This document shows positions 10,901 through 16,987 of a DNA stretch of 16,987 nt, one piece after another (position 1 is the first letter of the stretch; the number at the start of each line of letters is the position of its first letter). The position numbers and the translations under genes are program-made. Under the pieces are notes generated by a model. That model was not told the DNA's origin. It ran no database searches and saw nothing but the letters and a program-made list of their open reading frames with translations. This DNA comes from Anthoceros angustus (taxonomy: Eukaryota > Plantae > Anthocerotophyta), in the NCBI GenBank assembly GCA_010909165.1, contig VJWM01000407.1, positions 1-16,987 of the forward strand, written 5' to 3'.

Positions 10901-11600
10901 CTTCGGGTGAAAACACGAAGGTTTGCGCGTAGACAATAGCGGTGTTGCGGGGAATAAAGGAGCTGGTGGTTTTCCAGGCATCTTTATCGGTGAGGCTGGT
11001 GGTAAACCATTGCAGTGGGGCGTTGTTGATGCCGGAGAAAACGGGCGGCTTCTGGATGGGCCAGGACCATAATCTTTGTAGAATCCTGTACCAGACAGGT
11101 TTTCAAACGGGCCGACCAGTTGCCAGTCCATGATGCTGCCTACTTTCTTCCATTCTTCCAGCGCCCGGGCGAAATTGTTGGAAAACTGGTGATGCAATCC
11201 GTTCACGTAGCGGGCGGAGGCCTTCAGTGATCCGTTGATATTGTTGTCGGTGAAAATGGTATTCAGCAGGTCGAGCTGGCTTTTTCGGTTTTACGGCCAT
11301 ATTCTCCCAGTACCGAGGGGTGGAACCAGAGCGTACAAATAAGGGTTGACTCTTTTCCCGGGCGAATAATCCTTTCCATGAATTCATTGCCGGGTTTGTC
11401 TTTGCCTTCGAAACTATTCAGGTATACCAGGGTGATGTAGGCGTCGGTGGCGGTGGCAGGGTCTTTCAGGGCCTTCTGGAGATAGTCAGGCCTTTTTCGG
11501 TCGTTCGTTTTGTGAAGGGCTTCCCGCTTTGTCGTAATCGTTGGCAAAAGGAATAGAAGCTGAGCAGCAGGATGCTGATGGCGATAAGGGGTTTACGCAT
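7902..11600 (-). CDS. Large (~1,230 aa) exported protein: signal peptide + TPR + PA14/jelly-roll-like module + TPRs + DUF3857 + transglutaminase core + DUF3858-like C-terminus (frameshifted)
   Basis: Signal peptide MRKPLIAISILLLSFYSF. Beta module DWQLVGPFEN...LKVWVNDALM...KLNKGYNRILVQL. Helical repeats (LYTDLARYYFQQQDYKSATKYCDTVLTIAPF). DUF3857-like GDAIYIRYRL...YTWQVNNISPVEDEPYMP. Catalytic TRLGDCKDLSTLF (GDCKD 8834-8848), FNHCIV and ELTD. C-terminus FHLPAGKKLVEVP...DYAGFKEFLNKIVKVES. Confidence 0.85.
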
Positions 11601-11620
11601 GGCTGGTCAGGGTTTAAAGG

Positions 11621-11651
11621 CAAATATAACAGGCGGTTAGACCTTGTCAAA
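11621..11651 (-). promoter_or_regulatory. Consensus Bacteroidota promoter upstream of the large transglutaminase gene
   Basis: The minus strand reads TTTG-N19-TATATTTG, an exact match to TTTG-N19-21-TAnnTTTG, 20 nt upstream of the ATG at 11600. Confidence 0.75.
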
Positions 11652-11729
11652 TAGGGGAAACGGCTATTCACCGACGGTTTGTACGTAGCCTGTCGAAAAA
11701 CACATTAAAATAAGATTAAAGCGTGACAT

Positions 11730-12138
11730 CAGGAATGGCCACCCTACCCCACCAGCTTCCAGTCGAGGTCTTGCACGTCGTTAACCTGTACGTAAACTCA
11801 AATTCACGGAGCTGGCCGGTCGCCGGTTCGGTGGCTTTGATCCGTGCCGTGTGGTGTTCCAGCAGGTGAAGTGTATGTACGATTTTATCGAATTGCTCCC
11901 GAACTTCTTTTCAAACAGAAAGATGAGTGAACGTAAAGTATCGGCCTGCTTCGACATGGCATTGATTTTCGCCAATTGCCAAGAGAAAGCCGGTTGTGGA
12001 AGCTCATGCTTCTCTTGTCGAGCTTTTCGGAAAGATCTTCGAGTTCTTTCCGGCAGGTCGACAATTTGAATGGGCCGTCAGGTAGGCCTCGCAAACTCTA
12101 TCCAGTTGTTGAGTATGATTCATTGGAGTAGAAGACAT
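11730..12138 (-). CDS. Possible hypothetical protein (~130 aa, frameshifted)
   Basis: Overlapping helical-looking minus-strand fragments (RKELEDLSEKLDKRSM, WQLAKINAMSKQADTLRSL, EQFDKIVHTLHLLEHH) follow an ATG at 12138. No family recognised. Confidence 0.35.
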
Positions 12139-12245
12139 GAACCGCGAAAATAGGCAGATCAACCCGGGTTATGCATGAATTTTCTTTAATATACGCCCGA
12201 ATGCTGCCTATTTACCGATCAGGATCGAAAACTGTTGAATCTGTT

Positions 12246-12945
12246 CTACAACAGAAGCAGGATAAGCATGCCTGCGCTCATCAAGATCATCCAGCCATCC
12301 TCGATGACCGTTAGGGTACTCATGGGCAGCTTAAACACGTCGCCCAGGCAGGCATTGGATTTTTCTTTGTTCAGCACCGATTGAAGTACGCCGACAAGAC
12401 TAACCGACATGACCAGCAGGGTAATGAGGTTGGTAAGCACCGGTGCGAAATGCGTATAAGCCAGTCCAAGGGCCACTTCAAGAAAAGCGTAGACGTATCC
12501 CCAGGCCGGGAATGCTTTGGCGATGATATCGTACATGGCATAGCTGTCGGCAAATCCAAGCGCAGGAGCAATTTGAAAAAAGAAAGGAAAAATCCTGCCA
12601 TGAACGTATTCATCCCCTGCATCAGGGCATCACCTGGTGTGCGAAAGCGGTGATAACGGAGGGCCAAAACATAGGCAAAGATGAGCAGCACCGGTTTATA
12701 TGTTTGCAACCAGCTCTTTGCCGTTTCGCCGGCTTCGCTGTGCAGGTGCGCTTCGATGGTGTATTTCTTTCCCAGGGCATGTTGAAAGGTGGACAGGGCG
12801 ATGTGTTTGTCCATGCTGATGGTGGCAGATGCTTCGTCTTTGGATACTTCACTTCGGTTACTCCCGGTACCAGCAACAGGCTGCTTTTTACTTTAGCCAC
12901 GCAACCGTTGCAGGTCATGCCGGATAGGCTGTACTGGTGTGTCAT
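12246..12945 (-). CDS. Heavy-metal-associated (HMA) domain fused to a MauE/DoxX-like membrane domain (frameshifted)
   Basis: MTHQYSLSGMTCNGCVAKVK (GMTCxxC), then TYKPVLLIFAY, FMAGFFL.FFKLL, YDIIAKAFPAWGYVYAFLEVALG and IQ-CACLGDVFKLPMSTLTVIED. Confidence 0.88.
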
Positions 12946-12962
12946 TGTTTTGAATTGTAGTA

Positions 12963-12993
12963 CAAAGCTACCCGGTGCGCTGCCTATTACAGA
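12963..12993 (-). promoter_or_regulatory. Promoter of the HMA-MauE gene
   Basis: The minus strand reads TCTG-N19-TAGCTTTG. The -7 box is exact and the -33 box has one mismatch. Confidence 0.55.
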
Positions 12994-13012
12994 ATGATGG
13001 AAAAATTTGTAT

Positions 13013-13569
13013 TTAATTGCGCACCTGGTCGAGTGGTTTCCTGCCCTTCCCTGCTGTTTGAACGCCGTTGGTGGCGTGAGACCAGTAACTTTTGAATTGG
13101 GCCGACAGGTGGGCTACGCTGCTGTACCCCAGTTTCCAGGCAATTTCGGACAGGCTGTCTTCATTGTACACCAACCACTCTTTTACCTTTCCATTTTCTG
13201 CAGGATGAAAAATTGTTCGATGGTGATGCTTTCCACAGACGAGAACAGGCGCGAAAGCTGGCTTGTATTCTTTGTGTATGGCCGAGAGAGAAATTCGCTG
13301 AGCGAGAAATGCTCTTCCAGTTGCCCTGACTGGATTTTATTGATCAGCAGCGTTTTTATTTTTCAATCTGCTGTTGTTTCTGGTCGTCGAGCAAAGCAAA
13401 GCCAAGTGATTGCAGGCGGGTATCGAGTTGCTGTCGTTGGGCTGCCATGAGCGGGCCTTTCAGTTCCACTTCGCCCAACCTGGTGAAGCACGGGAATCTC
13501 AGGTCATCGAACTGTTTTGTACGGCGAGGATGCAGCGATGGCAGACCATGTTTTGATGTACAGCGTCAT
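13013..13569 (-). CDS. AraC-family regulator with N-terminal HMA-like CxxC (Bacteroidota metal-locus type; frameshifted)
   Basis: MTLYIK-NMVCHRCILAVQ...LGEVELKG. The C-terminal HTH reads ITIEQFFILQKMEKVKEWLVYNEDSLSEIAWKLGYSSVAHLSAQFK.VTGLTPTAFKQ. Confidence 0.88.
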
Positions 13570-13575
13570 GAATGG

Positions 13576-13583
13576 CAAAATTA
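13576..13583 (-). promoter_or_regulatory. -7 promoter box immediately upstream of the AraC start codon
   Basis: Minus-strand TAATTTTG ends 6 nt before the ATG (13567-13569). Confidence 0.45.
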
Positions 13584-13758
13584 CCGATGCCTGCGCATAT
13601 TTCACTCGCCTCCCACCCACAGGCAACCAGCCATTGTTCCATCAGATAGACCGGGTTTGAGCTGCGGTCACGGAATGCTGCAGGGCAAAACGCCGGGATG
13701 CAGAAACAGTCGCCGGTTTGCACAACTTGCCCTACATTAGTGGATCAATCTCTTCCAG

Positions 13759-14512
13759 ATGCTGCAAAAATAACAACGATTACCCTGGCCGCCTTATTGA
13801 CCATTTTGATCGCAGATAGCGCTGCTGCAACAATTTCAGCGCGCAGTATTACACCAACGGCAAAGGCGATACCCTGTATTACCGCCAGCTGATTCCCGAT
13901 GCCAATGCAAAACGAAAATTTCCGTTGTTGATTTTCCTGCATGGCGCCGGTGAACGCGGTTCAGACAATAATGCCCAGCTGAAATGGGGTGATGAATTTT
14001 GCCCAGGAACAGAACCTGTTGAAATACCCTGCCGTGGTGATCGCGCCGCAATGCCCGGCCAATGCGGGATGGATCATTGGACCAACGACCGTTCCCACCA
14101 ATATCCCGCTGTCTCCACGCCCTCCAAACCCATGGGTTGCTGCTCGCCCTCGTGAAAAATAAAAGCCGAAGGACGGATCGATACCAGTCGTATATACATC
14201 ACCGGTATGTCGATGGGTGGGTTCGGCACATTTGATGCCATCGAACGGGAGCCGGGTTTATTCGCCGCTGCCGTTCCCGTTTGTGGTGGCGGTGATTCCA
14301 GTCGCGCAGCCAGCATTGCCCCATTCCGATGTGGCTGTACGGGATCCGAAGATCCGACGGTGGTACCTGAATATTCCATCAACATGTTGCAGGCCCTGTG
14401 GCGTAGAGGTGCAAGACCCGGGTTCACGATGCTGCCCGAAGTGGGCCATTTTTCCTGGCTTGGCGCTTATACAGACCCGTTGTTGATGGAGTGGCTGTTC
14501 CAGCACAAGTGA
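13759..14512 (+). CDS. Exported alpha/beta-hydrolase (phospholipase/carboxylesterase, COG4099-like 'predicted peptidase'; frameshifted)
   Basis: Signal peptide, then GDTLYYRQL..KFPLLIFLHGAGERGSDNNAQLKWG, VIAPQCP, IDTSRIYITGMSMGGFGT (nucleophile GxSxG), FAAAVPVCGGGD, GSEDPTV (Asp) and VGHFSW (His). Stop TGA at 14510-14512. Confidence 0.88.
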
Positions 14513-14532
14513 TGTCTTGAACCATTCTCTTC

Positions 14533-16600
14533 ATGAATAAGCTGAAAAATTGTGGTGGAAAGCCATCGACTATTGTTGCTCCTCCATGGAACGTCCCATT
14601 CGTTTGGCCAGGCAACGGCCAGGCAAACTGTTGATATAGCCGGTACATCAAATACGACACGAATAAGAAACAAATGCAGCTGTCGTGGCCGGCATTTGGT
14701 GCAACAGGCAACTACAACATTACGCGTGGCGGCAGCCGGCTGGCCACACAATACACTGCCATTGGTTCCACTTCAGGTCTCTCGTTCACCGATAAAAACC
14801 GCAAACCAACAAATACGAAAATTACTACCGCGTAACACGCGATGGCATCACCCTGCTGCTTTCACTGGAAGGCCAGCTTTTGGCAACCACGTTTTTTCTA
14901 CGACCGGAAGTACGAAGAAGCCGGTACCGCGCGCAAGGAGATCAACGCCCGTTTGCCTTCACCGGTAAAGCCGGCGCCGATGGGGAATGGACAACCCTTC
15001 GGCAGGCCTATTATTTCAAACCGAATACCGGCGACCAAACCTATGATCCCGGCGGATCGGGTTCATCTTCCCCGGCAGCGCAAGCCATCGAACTTGGTTT
15101 TATGCGCATATTGGCGGTCTCGGTCAATGGCCCGGCGACGTAAAACTCGGTGCGCTCTTCACCCGCCCCCACCTCAGCGACGGTGCCAACGCCACCTGCA
15201 CGTTCTGGCGTTCGGTGGAAAACGTCACCATTCAGCGCGACTTTGCCTGGACCGTTTCGCAATCGACCAGTGCACGGCGATTACAGATCGAGAGCACCTC
15301 AAATACATTTCAGATGTGGTCACGACAATTTCTGGGAAGCGGTGGATTCATCGCAGACACCCGCTACACCCTTCCGGCCCACACCGGCAGGACAGCAACA
15401 GTGGTATACCCGTAATACGGTTTTCCTGCCGGAAACACCGCCATGGGCGGTTCTTACAATATGGTGTGGCAGGGTTGTGCGAACCCGCCCGTTGCAGACG
15501 CCATCAATACGGTGGTAGCTACCCCCTGATCAGGAAAAACCATTCCTGTTCATCGGCGGCGACGGCGAATACAAAGTATTTGTGCCGGCTTGGCAGAAAG
15601 AACGTGCAGGCCTTTCCTGGTCATCGACCAGTATGGGGGAAGGTGAAATCCAGGACCTGCTCACCCAGTGGTATGTCGCCAAAGAAGGGGATACCGATGT
15701 AACCCTCAACCGCGCGTTGAAAGCGGGAAAGAATATCTTCTTCACCCGGGACATTATGCACTTGATGCACCCATTCAGGTGAACCGAAAAAATGCCATCC
15801 TGCTCGGTGCGGGCATCGCATCGGTGACGCTGGAGCCTACAGAAAATAACACCGGTTGCATCTATGCCGACGACAAAGACGGCATCATCATCGCGGGCTG
15901 CTCATGGATTCGTTCAACAGTACCACTTACCAGGTGAGGGTTGGCCATGAAGGCGCAACAGCCAACCATGCGATAAACCCCATCCTGCTGAGCGACATCA
16001 CCTGCCGGATCGGCGGCGTTCAGTCGAAGAACATACAGGTACAAACCGCGATGCAAATCAACAGCAGCCAGGTGGTGGGTGACCATTTCTGGTTGTGGCG
16101 GGCCGATCATGGTTCGCTGGCGGTGCGCTGCGGTGGACGCGCGACCGTTGTAAGAACGGGCTGTTGGTTACCGGCAACGAGGTAACACTGTATGCACTCT
16201 TTGCCGAGCATTTCCAGAATACACGAAGTGCTGTGGCTGGGCGAAAAGGCCGCACTTTTTCCCAGAATGAACCACCTGACGCGCCCAACCAGGTCGCCTG
16301 GAGCAGCCAGGACGGACGTGTGCCCGGGTATGCAGCATTCAAAGTAGCCAATACGGTGAAAGAACACCACAGCATCGGCTTCGGTTCTTATGCGGTTTCA
16401 CCGGTACCGGTGGACAGGTCAATAAAGCCAACGCCTTTGAAGTGCCCAATACACCGGGTGTGCGGTTAGAGAAAATGTGCATCACGCGCTTTGCCGGGCC
16501 GGGCAATATCCTGAACGTGATCAACGGCCTCGGCGGCAGTACGGCGACCGGGTGAAGCGGGTGGCGCTGTACAACAACGGAGAAGGTGTTCAGCCGTTTC
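14533..16600 (+). CDS. Bacterial GH55-type exo-beta-1,3-glucanase (SacteLam55A-like) with a short N-terminal beta domain; frameshifted, 3' end uncertain
   Basis: Motifs in order: ELGFYAHIGGLG, TFWRSVENVTI, WTVSQSTSARRLQI, GSGGFIADT, GQQQWYTRNT, YNMVWQG, KPFLFIGGDGEYKVFVP, LNRALKAGKNIFFTPGHY, LSDITCRIGG, GDHFWLWRADHG, NGLLVTGNEVTLYALFAEHFQ, EVLWLGEKGRTF..QNE, HSIGFGSY and GNILNVING. Confidence 0.8.
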
Positions 16601-16604
16601 TGGG

Positions 16605-16987
16605 ATATCCTCTTCATCTTCCTAACAATATCCTACAACTCCGGAGATTCTCGAAAATTTCTTGGCATGCTCCTCTTCAATCGTTCTAGCCAAAAAATCA
16701 AACTTGTTTGTCTTGAGCTCTTTTGGGCTGGTTGCCCAACTTTTTGCGTTCCTACGCCGCAGTCCACACACACGGAAGATGTCCAGTGCCCGGATTACGG
16801 CTCCTGCCTCATGCGGTTTTCGGCATGTGATCGTTCTTCACACCAAAGTGTCCCAAAGATCTTGTGCACCTTGGTCACCAATGGTTTCCTTTCTTCCACG
16901 CAGGCGGCACCTCTTTGTTGATCCCTCGATCGACCTATGAGCACCTTACCATCCTTGTACACATAGCGAGCAATTCTTACTGCGACG
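16605..16987 (-). other. Foreign-looking tail encoding a retroelement-integrase-like H2C2 zinc-binding motif (probable chimeric segment)
   Basis: With indels, the minus strand reads ...RYVYKDGKVLIG...KEVPP.EERKPLVTKVH-K-x-x-GHFGVK(R)T...MRQE...CVDC. His codons are at 16864-16866 and 16848-16850, and CxxC is at 16759-16770. The spacing fits HX3-7HX23-32CX2C. Confidence 0.5.

Noticed and set aside
13570-13758. Cys-rich small ORF (MQTGDCFCIPAFCP...) upstream of AraC
   Set aside because: It is an upstream extension of a shifted AraC frame across a divergent intergenic region, with no supporting motif.
1-16987. CRISPR arrays, tRNA/rRNA genes, IS elements, prophage or defence genes, programmed frameshifting or alternative genetic code
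   Set aside because: By eye I saw no regularly spaced direct repeats, RNA gene signatures or bacterial transposase motifs. The breaks are random indels rather than consistent in-frame stops or slippery sites.

Overview
The window looks like one uncorrected, indel-rich long read from a Bacteroidota genome. The evidence is TAnnTTTG/TTTG promoter boxes and gene families typical of Chitinophagales and Cytophagales. Almost every gene is broken into frameshifted pieces, so I rebuilt genes by joining frames by eye, and most ends are approximate. Left to right: FG-GAP/VCBS (ASPIC/UnbV-type) protein (-, truncated by the window); DUF6799-like lipoprotein (+); DUF3179 CxxC protein (-); MacB/FtsX ABC permease (-); EamA transporter (-); cytosolic transglutaminase-like protein (-); Anbu-type proteasome-beta protease (-); a ~1,230 aa exported TPR/PA14-like/DUF3857/transglutaminase protein (-); a weak hypothetical ORF; an HMA-MauE metal protein and its AraC regulator (-); an alpha/beta-hydrolase esterase (+); and a bacterial GH55-type beta-1,3-glucanase (+). 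The last ~390 bp look unrelated and encode a retroelement-integrase-like HHCC motif on the minus strand, probably a chimeric join. The most notable feature is an Anbu protease between two different transglutaminase-fold genes, without the CP-ATP-grasp ligase and alpha-E genes of the classic Anbu operon.
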